Positions 41,322 through 52,466 of a stretch of DNA of 64,000 nucleotides are shown piece after piece. The notes beneath the pieces were generated by a model. That model was given only the letters and a program-made list of their open reading frames with translations, had not been told where the DNA came from and did no database searches. The stretch is from an uncultured delta proteobacterium (GTDB lineage Bacteria > Desulfobacterota > Desulfomonilia > UBA1062). The position numbers and the translations under genes are program-made. Numbering within the stretch: the first letter of the stretch is position 1; every line of letters begins with the position of its first letter. The DNA is taken from assembly GCA_963752595.1 (NCBI GenBank), contig CAVVYZ010000013.1, positions 32,001-96,000 on the forward strand. Direction: 5' to 3'.

Positions 41322-41996
41322 ATGGTACGCAGTGGAGAGAGAAAACCCGAAGAGATCAAGAAAGACGTTTACTCTCAACTGATCTGGGATACGAGGGTGA
41401 ACGAATCTGATATAAATGTCGAAGTATCTGACGGCAAGGTCGTATTAACAGGCCTGGTACCTACCTGTCCCGACCGTCTGGAAGCCGAGGACGACGCGTA
41501 TGCGGTTTCCGGTGTCAGATATGTGGATAACGGTCTCAGGGTCAGCTATCCACCGTCCTTCCCGACACCAAGGGATCCCGACATCGCCTCAAAGGTCCGG
41601 AGCCTGCTGGAATGGAACCCGAACATCGATTCAAAAAGAATCGACGTAGCAGTGGACTGCGGCCAGGTTACGCTGATGGGGTCCGTCGGCTCCATATGGC
41701 AGAAATACAATGCCGAGCATATCACGGAAAACGTCAGCGGTGTGATAGGTGTAAGAAACCAATTGAAGGTCGAACCCCCAAGAACGGTAACGGATGAAGA
41801 TATCAGGACCGATATTATCAGCTCGCTTGTCAGAAATTCGTTTCCCGATGTCACCATGGTAAATGTTCACGTGAAGGATTCTATCGTGACCTTAAGCGGC
41901 ACGGTGAATGACTATTTTGAATGCCGTACAGCCGAAGACATCGCCAGATATACGAACGGGGTCGTAGATGTGAATAATAACCTCGTGATCGCGTAG
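41322..41996 (+). CDS. Triple BON-domain protein (paralogue of 35153-35824)
   Basis: Same three-BON layout, with shared segments AEDDAY..SGVRYVDN.L, LEWNP and CRTA.DIA.YT.GV.DV.N..VIA. Confidence 0.93.
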   Translation: MVRSGERKPEEIKKDVYSQLIWDTRVNESDINVEVSDGKVVLTGLVPTCPDRLEAEDDAYAVSGVRYVDNGLRVSYPPSFPTPRDPDIASKVRSLLEWNPNIDSKRIDVAVDCGQVTLMGSVGSIWQKYNAEHITENVSGVIGVRNQLKVEPPRTVTDEDIRTDIISSLVRNSFPDVTMVNVHVKDSIVTLSGTVNDYFECRTAEDIARYTNGVVDVNNNLVIA

Positions 41997-42164
41997 TCTG
42001 CTTACGGAATCCATATAGTTTTTACGACTGCTTTTGGTTGAATCGATATCACGGCCTCGCGTACGGAAGCGCCTTTGTTGCAACATCGGCTTTCGTGACC
42101 AGTTCCATATGGTCATAATCCCATGGAGTCTTTTCAATTTTTCTGAGCCAAAGATAACGGCAGG

Positions 42165-42920
42165 TTACTTAAACCGGCCGCATACAGGGCACCCCTGCAT
42201 GGAAAGAGGTTTCTCAAGGCGGCACTCCTCAAGAAGCTCCAGGTCGGAAAAAATTGCATGCGTCTGTCCGTCAGCCCTGATGCGCCCGCCATGGAGCACG
42301 ATGGTGCGTGCGCATAAGTCCAGGACAAGGTCGAGGTCGTGGGTGGCAATGATCTTGGTGTGAGTAAATTCCCTGAGCAGTGAAATGATCTGCCGCCTGC
42401 CCCTTGGGTCTAGGCCCGTTGTGGGCTCATCGAGGACAAGGATATCGGGTGTCATGGAAAGCACCGTGGCAATGGCAGCCCTTCTCTTTTCCCCTGCAGA
42501 GAGATGATAGGGCGGCCGTTCCTTGAGGTGCTCGATGCCCATCCGGGAAAGGGCATCGGTGACCCGCTTCTCCACTTCCTCCCGCGGCAGGCCGAGGTTG
42601 TGAGGCCCGAAGGCCACGTCCTCATGGATGGTAGGCATGAAGAGCTGGTCATCGGCGTCCTGGAAGATCATTCCGACGGTTCTCCTCGCTTCTCGAAGGG
42701 TTTCTTTCGTGAGAGGGTAATCTCCGATCCGTACGGTTCCCGAGCTGGGGGTGAGATAGCCGTTGAGGTGGAGCAGCAGGGTCGACTTGCCGGCACCGTT
42801 CGCCCCGACGAGGGCCACCGACTCGCCATGGGTGATGCGGATGCTTATATCCTGGATGGCGGTCGTGCCGTCCGGGTATACATGGGTGAGATCCTTTACC
42901 TCGACGATGTGGTGGCTCAC
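42165..42920 (-). CDS. cbiO: ECF Ni/Co transporter ATPase CbiO/NikO
   Basis: GANGAGKST, FQDADDQLFMPT, DVAFGP, LSAGEKRR, ATHDLD. GTG start. Confidence 0.92.
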   Translation of the reverse strand: MSHHIVEVKDLTHVYPDGTTAIQDISIRITHGESVALVGANGAGKSTLLLHLNGYLTPSSGTVRIGDYPLTKETLREARRTVGMIFQDADDQLFMPTIHEDVAFGPHNLGLPREEVEKRVTDALSRMGIEHLKERPPYHLSAGEKRRAAIATVLSMTPDILVLDEPTTGLDPRGRRQIISLLREFTHTKIIATHDLDLVLDLCARTIVLHGGRIRADGQTHAIFSDLELLEECRLEKPLSMQGCPVCGRFK

Positions 42921-43729
42921 GATGCCGCCCCCATGATGATCCGGCCTACTGCCTGTGGGAAATCGACAAAGCGGAGGGTGATGAAGATCGTGCACCAGGC
43001 AGCCGTGAATGCCGCATCGTACAGGCTGATCTTAAACGGTCTCCTCGGGTAGAATTCGCCGTGAAATCCGCGTGAAAGCATGGCCATGTGGATTCGCTGG
43101 GCCCTGCCGAATGTCCGGAGCAGAAGGTATCCGATGAGCGATCCGTATGACCTGATACCCATTCCCTGCCTTCCGAAGGACCTGAGCTCCCGTGCCCTCG
43201 TCATGCGCACGGCTTCGGATACGAGCACGAAAAGGTAACGGTGGAGCATCATGAGCTGAACGCTGAAGGCCCTAGGCACCATGAGCCGCTCCAGGGCAGT
43301 ACAGATACCCTGGAAGCCGGTCACTGCCATGAGGATGAGGGCGGCAAGGACGGTGAGCACGAAGCGGACGAGGATCGAGGTGAATGACAGAATGCCGCCC
43401 GATATGGGGATGCCGGAGATGCTCATCATCACCTCCCGGTCATAGAAGGGATTGAAAATGCCCATGAGCACGGCGAAAGGCAGCAGGAAGACGATTTTGC
43501 CCGCCAGATAACGAGCCGGGATACTTGCCAGTGGTATGATGACGGCAGGGAAGAAGAAGTAGGGAATGAGCGCCGAGACTTCATGCTTGGGAAAGGAAAC
43601 CACGCACATGATGAATACCGTGGTTGTGATGAGTTTTGCCCTTGCATCGATGCGATGGACAGGAGAATCCAGGGATGAAAGGGTGTCGATGAAATTCAGC
43701 TCATGAAAGGATCGTGCGATATCAGCCAT
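42917..43729 (-). CDS. cbiQ: ECF T-component CbiQ/NikQ
   Basis: SPVHRIDARAKL, RYLFVL, ARELR, AMLSRGF. Confidence 0.92.
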   Translation of the reverse strand: MADIARSFHELNFIDTLSSLDSPVHRIDARAKLITTTVFIMCVVSFPKHEVSALIPYFFFPAVIIPLASIPARYLAGKIVFLLPFAVLMGIFNPFYDREVMMSISGIPISGGILSFTSILVRFVLTVLAALILMAVTGFQGICTALERLMVPRAFSVQLMMLHRYLFVLVSEAVRMTRARELRSFGRQGMGIRSYGSLIGYLLLRTFGRAQRIHMAMLSRGFHGEFYPRRPFKISLYDAAFTAAWCTIFITLRFVDFPQAVGRIIMGAAS

Positions 43730-44771
43730 GGCCGATCCTGTCCGGGAGATGTGCGGACTGCTTTACCGTGATTTTTTTCAGGGCAAATCCAAGAAACAGC
43801 ACCAGCGCCAGGGTGACCGCACCCCCGATAATCCCGGAAAACGAGGTGCCGGCCTCCGGAGAGACGCCTTCAGGCAATGCGGCAACTCCGGCGGGCCGGG
43901 AAGCGTATCCCGGCCACATCGAGGTCTTTTCCTGGATGGATGCAAACAGGCGGTGGATGCTCCCGGTTCTCTCGATTTCTTCTTTTCCCGTGATGCGGGA
44001 GGTTGCCCATTCAAGGCCGTCCGGGTTCCCGGAGGCGTGCCGGGAGAGGAATCCTGCCATGATGACCGATGCGGCGAGCAGGACTGCGATCACGATTTTT
44101 GCCGGCATCCGGCCGGCAGGTGCTTTCCGCAGAGACCGGTCCAGGATCAGAGGGCTCGCCTTCCACACGAAGGAGACGACCGCTGTTGTCACGATCCCCT
44201 CGATGAGTCCTATGACAAGGTGGATGGGCTGCATGAGTGCAAGAAACGTGAGAAAGGGAAGCTCGGTGATGCCCGAGGCCTTTGTTTCAAGCACGACGCT
44301 GAAAGCCCCGAGCTGCAGGCCGATAACGGAGGAGAGCGTTATTGCTGCGACAAGGCGGGTCTTCGCGATGTCTTCCCCGATGATCTTCCGGTAGATGAAG
44401 GGATAGGCGATGAATGCCGGAAAAACCCCGAGGTTGAAGATATTGCAGCCGAGCGCAAGGAGGCCGCCGTCTGCAAAAAAGAGGGCCTGCACGACCAGGA
44501 CCGATGCAACCACCAGGAATGCCGCGTGAGGCCCCAGCAGGACGGCGAGCAGCATCCCGCCGCCGATATGACCGCTCGAGCCCGTTGCCGGGATGGTGAA
44601 ATTGATCATCTGGGCGGCGAAGACAAAGGCGCCGAGCACCCCCATGAGGGGAACCCTGCTATCGTCGAGGTCTTCTCTGATCTTCCGCGAACAATAGGCT
44701 ATCCCTGCAGCGGAAACCGCCCACATGACACTCCCGACCACAGGTGAGACCATCGCATCGGCCATGTGCAT
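43722..44771 (-). CDS. cbiM: Fused CbiM/NikM-NikN S-component
   Basis: N-terminal MHMAD metal-binding motif, FVFAAQMINF, SSGH, QALFFADGG, and a PDGLE motif. Confidence 0.93.
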   Translation of the reverse strand: MHMADAMVSPVVGSVMWAVSAAGIAYCSRKIREDLDDSRVPLMGVLGAFVFAAQMINFTIPATGSSGHIGGGMLLAVLLGPHAAFLVVASVLVVQALFFADGGLLALGCNIFNLGVFPAFIAYPFIYRKIIGEDIAKTRLVAAITLSSVIGLQLGAFSVVLETKASGITELPFLTFLALMQPIHLVIGLIEGIVTTAVVSFVWKASPLILDRSLRKAPAGRMPAKIVIAVLLAASVIMAGFLSRHASGNPDGLEWATSRITGKEEIERTGSIHRLFASIQEKTSMWPGYASRPAGVAALPEGVSPEAGTSFSGIIGGAVTLALVLFLGFALKKITVKQSAHLPDRIGHG

Positions 44772-44814
44772 GGGGACTACCTCGCTCCTCTCATGAAGAT
44801 AATAATACCATCCA

Positions 44815-44843
44815 GGTAGCACAAATAAAATATATGTGCTACC
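44815..44843. promoter_or_regulatory. Putative NikR operator
   Basis: Perfect inverted repeat GGTAGCACA-N11-TGTGCTACC (core GTAGCAC-N13-GTGCTAC) 44 bp upstream of cbiM and downstream of nikR. Confidence 0.8.
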
Positions 44844-44957
44844 AGCAAAAGAACTTATCCGAAGAAATCAGTTTATATAGGTGGCCAGGGCTTATCGTGC
44901 AGGATGAGTGGAGCGATTACACTGCAAAGGGTGCTCCCGCCGGGATGGCGTGAAACC

Positions 44958-45374
44958 CTACCCGATGGATTTGCCGGTGCTGGACATACTCAAGGTGCCG
45001 TGCCGTACCCCCTTGACTGAGTGCAGGGCATTGGCAAGCTTCTGCACCTCGCTGGCCTTGCCTTTTACGGCAATGATTTCAAGGCAGTTGTGGTGGTCCA
45101 GGTGGATGTGCTGGGTGGATATGATGGTCTCCTGGTGATTGTGCTGGAGGTCGGTGAGCCGGCTCGTAAGGTTCCGCTGGTGGTGATCGTAGACAAAGGT
45201 GATGGCACCCGCCACCTCCTGGTCCTCTTCCCACTCTTTCTTGACCAGCTGCCGGCGGATGAGGTCGCGCAAGGCTTCGGACCGGGTGGTGTATCCCTGC
45301 TTTTCGATCAGCCTGTCGAACCGGCCCAGCAGGCCCTGTTCCAGGGAAACCCCGAATCGTACGAGTATAGACAT
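44958..45374 (-). CDS. nikR: Nickel-responsive regulator NikR
   Basis: RFGVSL, RSEALRDLIR, YDHH, HIHLDHHNCLE. Confidence 0.96.
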   Translation of the reverse strand: MSILVRFGVSLEQGLLGRFDRLIEKQGYTTRSEALRDLIRRQLVKKEWEEDQEVAGAITFVYDHHQRNLTSRLTDLQHNHQETIISTQHIHLDHHNCLEIIAVKGKASEVQKLANALHSVKGVRHGTLSMSSTGKSIG

Positions 45375-45539
45375 GCGTCGTCCCCCGGATGAAACGTGCC
45401 ACAGGGCGGTGAGAGTGTCAATGAATTCTTGACTGTGCCTGTTAACGAATGCGTCAGGCGCCTGGGGCTTGGATCTAACGCCCTGCTGAAGGGGCAGCTG
45501 TCATGGGATGAGCCCTATCCCGGTTTCCCATGCTGAAGG

Positions 45540-45971
45540 CTATTCCGGTTCGGGGGATCCGGGGCCCTTGAGGTACACGGCATAGGATGCAAGTTTCTTA
45601 TCCTGGGTGAGGATATGGCGGATCAGCCAGCCGTTGAGAAAAACCTCCACGTCATGGAGCGGCTTTTCCTCAGGCACTTTAAGCTCTTCATTCAATGCGA
45701 ATATCTCTTCAATGAGTCCTTCGTGGATCATCCTGTGTGATAAGGCTTCGTCGGCAGGGTATCCGGCCAGATCCATCACGGTCTCTTCATCGCGGAAGTG
45801 TTCTTCGGCATAACGGATAAGGGAATTGAGGATCGGCAAGAGGATATCCTTCCCCTTTTTCTCCTTGATAGCTGCATGGAATTCATTCACGATATCAAGG
45901 AGCTTTTTATGCTGGTTGTCGATATACGGCACCCGGGTGCTGAACATCTCGCTCCATATCACATATTCCAT
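45540..45971 (-). CDS. Single-domain bacteriohemerythrin
   Basis: IDNQHKKL, YAEEHFRDEE, HRMIH, WLIRHILTQD. All di-iron ligands are present. Confidence 0.93.
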   Translation of the reverse strand: MEYVIWSEMFSTRVPYIDNQHKKLLDIVNEFHAAIKEKKGKDILLPILNSLIRYAEEHFRDEETVMDLAGYPADEALSHRMIHEGLIEEIFALNEELKVPEEKPLHDVEVFLNGWLIRHILTQDKKLASYAVYLKGPGSPEPE

Positions 45972-46151
45972 AGAAACCTCCGGTAAGGAAGTGGATATCC
46001 GTATCCATAGAATGTATAGCATCTTACGATATTCCAGGATGGAATTCCATCGGGAAATTATCATACGGCAGGATTTTTCCACCTTTTTCACCCCGGTTGC
46101 GGCGTCATATGGTGCACTGGTTGCATGATATGATCATATGAGGAGGATGTA

Positions 46152-47747
46152 ATGAGGAGAGTCATGGGAATCGGCAGTACTTTGATTATAACTATCGGTA
46201 TTTTATGGTCTTGTTCGAACAGCAGTTCCGGAGGAGGTATTCAGGCAGGCACGAACTCCCCGGTCACAAATGAAACTCTTGCTGCAACAAACGTAACTCA
46301 GCCTGTCTTAAGGAAAACGCTTCCGGCGAGCTGGGACGAAAACTGGTTCGCATCGCCTTCCGTGTTCGATATCGATCGTGACGGGAAGCCGGAGATCATA
46401 GCAGGCCGTCACAGCGTGCTGTATGTCTGGAACTCTTCAGGAACGCTTCTCTGGAGGGCACCGGTGGGCGAATCGGCTTCTTCGACGAACAATCACGGTT
46501 CGTCCAGGCAGTATGCCTCACCCGTGGTCGGAGACCTGGACGATGACGGGTACGGAGAGATCGCCATTGCCTACAGCAACAAGGTGGCGCTCTATGATCG
46601 AAGCGGCAGCATCAGGGCCGGTTGGCCGAAGGAATTCCCCGGCTCTCAAGATGAAATCAGGTCGATTGCCGCCATCGATCTCGACCGTGACGGCCATAAA
46701 GAGATCCTGGCCCAGAAAACCGGCTCCGGTCCGGTAACAATTGTCTGGAAACTGAACGGCGAAACCGCCCCTGGCTGGCCGCAAGTCCAGGGGTGCGACC
46801 AGTGCAATGAATACGGCGGCTACAACCAGAACATCGGGGCTGCCGACCTTACCGGCGACGGCGTCCCCGAGGTGGTGAGCACCTATGACTGCTGCCACAT
46901 CGGGATCATGCGTGGGGATGGATCGCCGCTTCCGGCCAACCCAATGTATCAAGGCCCGTTTGTGAGCAGCGTACCCATGTTCCATGCGATCGAATTGGCC
47001 AAACAGGGCTGGGGTGCGGATGGAAATGACCGGGACGAATTCACGGATTCACCGCCGGTCTTCGGTGACATCGACAACGACGGCCTGCCCGAGATCATCC
47101 TCTATTCCGATCATGAGCGGGCAGGGGAATACATCAACAGGGGGAATTCCCTCTGGGCTTTCAATGCAGACATGACCAGGGCGCCGGGTTTTGAAAGGCC
47201 GATCGTGTTCGGGCGAGCCGCTCTACACGGGGTATGAGAACAACATCGTGCAGACGGCCCCGGCGCCTGCACTGGGCAAACCTACAGGAGAGGCAGGCCC
47301 GAGATCGTGGTCCCGTCCTATGACGGCATCATGCGGTGCTTTTCGCCGGATGGCGCACTGGTGTGGACATACCGCTTCGATTCCGCCGGGGACCCATTCA
47401 TCGGCGCATCAGGGGCAGCCATCGGCGACCTGGACCATGACGCCTCACCCGAGATCGTCTTTACCACGTATTCCACGGCACAGAACGTGTCTCACCTCAT
47501 CATACTCAACGCCGGCGGCGCAGTTGTGCACAAAATACCCGTTTACGGACGGGGCAGCATGAGCGTGCCGACGCTGTCCGATGTGGATGGCGACGGAACG
47601 ATCGAGATCATCATGTCGCTGAAAGATACCCTGGGCTCAGGATTGGGAGGTGTCCAGATCTGGGATGTGCCTTCGGCTGGAACAGGCTCCCTGCCGTGGC
47701 CGACCGGCCGCGGAAACCTCTTGAGAAACGGCCGGGGAGGAGAGTGA
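46152..47747 (+). CDS. FG-GAP/VCBS repeat lipoprotein (frameshifts near 47200-47300)
   Basis: Lipobox-like LWSC and repeats DIDRDGKPEI, DLDDDGYGEI, DLDRDGHKEI, DLTGDGVPEV, DIDNDGLPEI, DVDGDGTIEI. Confidence 0.85.
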
Positions 47748-47825
47748 GCTTTGGTATTACTGCCCCTTTCCCCTCAACAAAAGCCGCACTTTGCTTCCTT
47801 AAGGACGGGTGGAGCCTTTAGAATC

Positions 47826-48473
47826 TTATTTCGGGAGCTTTTTACCCAGGATCGACCAGTACATCTTGACGCCCGCGATCTTGAAGTATTCGATATCCTG
47901 TATCTTGAAGCCGGCTCCTTCAACGAGCCCCGGATAGTTCCATACCGGATGGAAGACCGCTTCGGTGGTTGAGCTGTAAAAAGTGATGGCGAAATACCAG
48001 TTGAGCCTCTGGATGAGCCCTTGCAATCCACTCATGGGAAGGACAAATTCTCCGACGACGAAATAGCCGTCGGGTTTGACGAGCGTACCAAGGTGATTTG
48101 CCACCTCTTTCACCCTTGTTTCATTGAAAACGTTCAGGAAGAAATTCGAAATGACCATATCGTACTGCTCGGGTTCTTTCATATTGAAGATGTCGTCGTG
48201 GACGACGTGGATCTCCTTCGGCGGGTTTTCCCTTGCTATACGTTTGCGGAAATGCTTGAGCATGGTCTCGGACAGGTCAATGGCTGTGACATCCGCCCCG
48301 AGCTTGCTTGCCTCGATTGCTTCGGTTCCGTGCCCGACTCCTGCTACGAGAACTTTCTGGCCCGGTTTCAGATGTTTGAGCATCGCTGTCTTGCACCGGG
48401 GAATGCGCCCCAGGCTGTAGAGATTACCAGTCATCTCATATTGAAACCCGACCAGTTTGTATCCGTCTTTCAT
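47826..48473 (-). CDS. Class I SAM-dependent methyltransferase
   Basis: VLVAGVGHG, IDLSETML, YDMVISNFFL, LVKPDG. Confidence 0.88.
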   Translation of the reverse strand: MKDGYKLVGFQYEMTGNLYSLGRIPRCKTAMLKHLKPGQKVLVAGVGHGTEAIEASKLGADVTAIDLSETMLKHFRKRIARENPPKEIHVVHDDIFNMKEPEQYDMVISNFFLNVFNETRVKEVANHLGTLVKPDGYFVVGEFVLPMSGLQGLIQRLNWYFAITFYSSTTEAVFHPVWNYPGLVEGAGFKIQDIEYFKIAGVKMYWSILGKKLPK

Positions 48474-48828
48474 CGTCAACCTCCTCACGTATCATTGCCT
48501 TTTATCAGGCTTGAAATCTCATCACTTGGTGCCGTCTGTAATCCTGTGATAATAACCTCTTAGGGGAATGAGAATATCCCGAGCGGTCATGAATGTCAAC
48601 GAAGGAACTTCCGGAGGCTCCCCGGGCCTGCAATCCTGCTGCACTGGATACATACCGGTTCAAGAAGGATCACCATAGCGCAGTAACTGTCCTGAGCGCC
48701 CAGGCGGAGGGGCGGCTTTTCCGGTGCTCCTCCCCCGGTTGCAGAAAGAGCGTGCATAGTTTCTCCGGCTGATTCCTGTCTTATAGTATGTCAAAAGATG
48801 CAACCAGCTGTCTTTTTACCGGTTATAA

Positions 48829-48858
48829 TTGACATGAATATCAATTCAGGTTATACAT
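48829..48858 (+). promoter_or_regulatory. Possible promoter with a palindrome in the spacer, upstream of the acyl-CoA synthetase
   Basis: TTGACA (48829), TGAAT-N4-ATTCA (48835-48848), and an imperfect -10 TATACA. Confidence 0.4.
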
Positions 48859-48916
48859 CATGCCTTAAGAAAGTACGGGTACATTACTTGAGTTCCTAAA
48901 AAGAGGAGATGGATCG

Positions 48917-50468
48917 ATGAGCAATATTATCAACCGTGACACGATCGGCGACATGGCCCGGAGGGCAGCAACAAAATACGGCGACAAGACCGCCATCATA
49001 TTCCGCGACATCAAGCTCTCGTTTTTCGATCTCGAGCGGGAAGCCAGGCGCTTTGCCCACCTGATGACCCGGTACGGGGTCAAAAAGGGCGACCGGGTAG
49101 CCGTCTATGCATACAATTCCCACTATTATCCCATCAGCATGATCGGGCTCGCCAAGATCGGCGCAATCCAGGTCCCCATCAATTACATGCTGAATGCCGA
49201 GGAGATCGCCTACATCATCAACCACTCAGGGTCTAAGGTCTTCATCGTCGAGGACGCCCTGTATCCGATCATTGCCCAGTCCCAGGCCAGATTCGCCACC
49301 GTGGAAAAATGGGGATTCATCCCCTTGAGCGATTCGATGGTGCCGGACGGGTTCTTCAACCTGATCACGGAAATGGGAGCCATGCCCTGTGACGAGCCCC
49401 AGGTGGAGGTCAGCGCGGAAGACGTCGTCCAGATCCCCTATACCAGCGGCACGGAATCGAAGCCCAAGGGGGCCATGCTCTCGCACAGGGCGCTCATGTC
49501 GCAGTACCACAGCTGCATCTTCGACGGCCAGTACGACACCTACGATGTGAGTCTCCATGCCCTGCCGCTCTTCCATTGCGCCCAGCTCCACTGCTTCCTC
49601 ATGCCGTATCTGTACATCGGGGCCACGAATGTCATCATGCACAAGGCGGATCCCCTGGAGATGATCAGGAACATCGAGAAATACCAGATCACCCACATGT
49701 TCGCGCCGCCCACCGTGTGGATCGGCATCCTGAACCATCCCGAATTCAAGAACTACAACCACGGCAGCCTGAAAAAGGCGGCCTACGGCGCCAGCATCAT
49801 GCCGGTGGAGATCATCAAGCAGCTCTCCGTGACCTTCCGGGGCCTGAAGCTCTGGAATTACTACGGCCAGACGGAGATGGGACCGGTGGCGACCATCCTG
49901 AAGCCCGAGGACCAGCTTCTGAAGCCGGGCTCGGCGGGCAAGCCGGTGCTGAACGTCGAAACACGGCTCATGGACGATGACGGCAAGTTCGTGCCCGACG
50001 GCGAGGTGGGCGAGATCGTGCACCGCTCGGGCCATGTCATGACCGGCTATCTCAACGACCCGGAAAAGACCGACGGAGGCCTTCGCCTTCGGCTGGTTCC
50101 ACAGCGGCGACCTCGGCAAGTTCGACGAGGACGGCTATCTCTACGTGGTGGACCGCAAGAAGGACATGATCAAGACCGGCGGCGAGAACGTGGCCTCACG
50201 CGAGGTGGAGGAGGTGCTGTACCAGTATCCGGGCATCGAAGAGGTGGCGGTCATCGGCCTGCCCGATCCCAAGTGGATCGAGATCGTCGCAGCCGTCGTC
50301 GTGCCGAAAAAGGGAGCGTCCCTCACCGAAAAGGAGATCATCGCCTACTGCAAGGAGCACCTGGCAGGGTTCAAATGCCCGAAAAAGATCGTCATTGCCG
50401 ACAAGCTTCCGAAAAATCCCTCGGGCAAGATATTGAAGCGCGAACTGAAGGAGCAGTTGGGGAAGTAA
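48917..50468 (+). CDS. Acyl-CoA synthetase (AMP-forming, FadD-like; frameshift near 50075)
   Basis: YTSGTESKPKG, YGQTE, then VDRKKDMIKTGGENV and LPKNPSGKILK in the next frame. Confidence 0.92.
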
Positions 50469-50483
50469 TCCTTCGGTGTTCCT

Positions 50484-51437
50484 TTAGTCTTCTGCCCTGA
50501 GAAAATCCACCAGGAGTGGATTGACCTTGTCACTGCACTCCTGGTGTGGATTATGGCCGCAGTCTTCTATTACACTCAATGTTGAGTTGTTGATCTTTTC
50601 GTTGAGCGTCCTGCCATTTTCGACCGGGACCCAAGTGTCCTTCCTCCCCCAGATGATCAGCACCGGGTTCTCAATCCATTGGCAGCTCTGCGCCATCTTC
50701 TGAAAACCCGGAGAGTAAAACTGCTTCTCCAGGGATATGAGCGTCTTCCAGTATCCCGGCTTGCTGATGGGACGGGAATATTCATCCACCATGGCGGCAT
50801 CGACCTTGTCGCTGTCGTAATAGGCATCTTCCAGTCCCATCCTCACAGACCATCGCCCTCCGAAATGGGAAGACAAAAACTCCATGCCCGGCAGAGCCAT
50901 GAGCTGGACTTCCGGAGGCTTGGACCATACGGGATCGATGAGCACCGTTTTCCGTACTCTTTTCGGGTGGTTCGCTGTAATATACAAAGCGATTCCGCCG
51001 CCCATGGAGTGCCCGACGATGCTGAACTTCCATACGCCCAGTTTCTCCGTGAGCCGGACGATCGCCTTTGCCTGGTTTTCTATGGAGAATTCATACGGCT
51101 CGGGAGGGATATCCGACCTGCCGAGCCCGGGCTGGTCCATGATGATCAGCCTATAACCCGCATCTTTTAGGGGAGGTACGTTCTCATGCCAGCAGTAGGT
51201 TGAATCGGCAAATCCGTGCACCATGACCACCGGCTCACCTGAGCCCATATCGATATAGTGCAGGGAGTATCCGCCCATATCCACGGTCTTCCTGAAGGAG
51301 GCCGTCATGTCGTTCCATGCTTTGTCCCCTTCACCGATCTCGGTCTTGCACGACCCGAGAAAGATGCCCATGAACAGAAGGGAGGAATACAATAACCGGG
51401 TTTTCTTCCGTGTTGTACAAGTGAACCGGGGGCTCAT
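50484..51437 (-). CDS. Alpha/beta-fold hydrolase, possibly a lipoprotein
   Basis: VHGF, GLGRSD, GHSMGG nucleophile elbow, WGRKD, CGHNPH, and LGSC near the N-terminus. Confidence 0.9.
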   Translation of the reverse strand: MSPRFTCTTRKKTRLLYSSLLFMGIFLGSCKTEIGEGDKAWNDMTASFRKTVDMGGYSLHYIDMGSGEPVVMVHGFADSTYCWHENVPPLKDAGYRLIIMDQPGLGRSDIPPEPYEFSIENQAKAIVRLTEKLGVWKFSIVGHSMGGGIALYITANHPKRVRKTVLIDPVWSKPPEVQLMALPGMEFLSSHFGGRWSVRMGLEDAYYDSDKVDAAMVDEYSRPISKPGYWKTLISLEKQFYSPGFQKMAQSCQWIENPVLIIWGRKDTWVPVENGRTLNEKINNSTLSVIEDCGHNPHQECSDKVNPLLVDFLRAED

Positions 51438-51471
51438 AGTGGTTTACCCTCTCCTTTGAAGACAGGATCGT

Positions 51472-52218
51472 TTATACCGGAAACAGATCGCTTTTCACGA
51501 CTCTCATCCTGGCAAGCCTGAACAATAAAGCGGTCTGCAGGCATCCGAAACCGTATTTGATGCTTCCGGCAAAGTTTATCGATGATGCTTCTTCAAAATA
51601 ATTCGTAGGGCAGCTTACCTCGGCGATGGTGTAGTTGAGCCAGAGGATCTGTGCAAGCATCTGGTTGTCAAAGACGAAATCGTCCGAGTTCTTCTCAAAG
51701 GGGATCCTCTTGAGCAGTTCGCGGGAAAAGGCCCGATAGCCCGTGTGATATTCAGAGAGCTTGGCATTCATCAGGATATTCTCGGCCAGCGTCAGGAACC
51801 GGTTGGATACGTATCTCCATAACGGCATGCCCCCTTTTAATGCATAACCGCCGAGGATCCTCGACCCGAGAACGCAATGGTACAGGCCGCTGCCGATCAT
51901 GGAAACCATGGCCGGGATGAGCTTCGGGGTATACTGGTAGTCGGGATGGACCATGATGATGATATCCCCTCCCTCCTGCAGGGCAAGCTTGTAACAGGAT
52001 TTCTGGTTGCTCCCGTAACCGGTGTTTTCTTCGTGCCTGTACACGAGCGTCTTGGGCAGTGTCTTCGCAACCTCAACCGTCCGGTCTTTGCTGTTGTCGT
52101 CGACAACGATCACCTGATCGACCACACCATGCATCATCACCTCATCGTAGGTCTTTTTCAAAGTAACTTCAGCCTGGTATGCAGGCATGACCACGATGAC
52201 CTTTTTATCACGATACAT
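51472..52218 (-). CDS. GT2-family glycosyltransferase (DPM1-like)
   Basis: VVMPAY, VVDDNSKD, GYGSNQK, HPDYQY, VLGSR, HTGYRAF. Confidence 0.92.
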   Translation of the reverse strand: MYRDKKVIVVMPAYQAEVTLKKTYDEVMMHGVVDQVIVVDDNSKDRTVEVAKTLPKTLVYRHEENTGYGSNQKSCYKLALQEGGDIIIMVHPDYQYTPKLIPAMVSMIGSGLYHCVLGSRILGGYALKGGMPLWRYVSNRFLTLAENILMNAKLSEYHTGYRAFSRELLKRIPFEKNSDDFVFDNQMLAQILWLNYTIAEVSCPTNYFEEASSINFAGSIKYGFGCLQTALLFRLARMRVVKSDLFPV

Positions 52219-52466
52219 TTTCTACCCCTTTTTACGTTATTCAATTACAATGGGCATTACCTTTGGCAACGAGCCCATCCTTGGCAGTACCCCTGCAAGT
52301 TTTTATTATTATATCTTACTTGGCAGGGCAGCAAAAGGGGCTAATCCGGTATTTTTATCAAGGAAATTTCCAAAGGGCCGTATGTGAAGGTTTTCCCCTA
52401 AGCTTTTAAGCGCAGGTCATGAAGACATCAGGGCACGGTCCAGGCAGGAGCCGTGCGTGATACTCG

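Noticed and set aside
52255-52330. Repeated TTGGCA words and a GG-N10-GC sigma54-like pattern
   Set aside because: Spacing is irregular, and the pattern points toward the 3' end of the MCP rather than a gene start.
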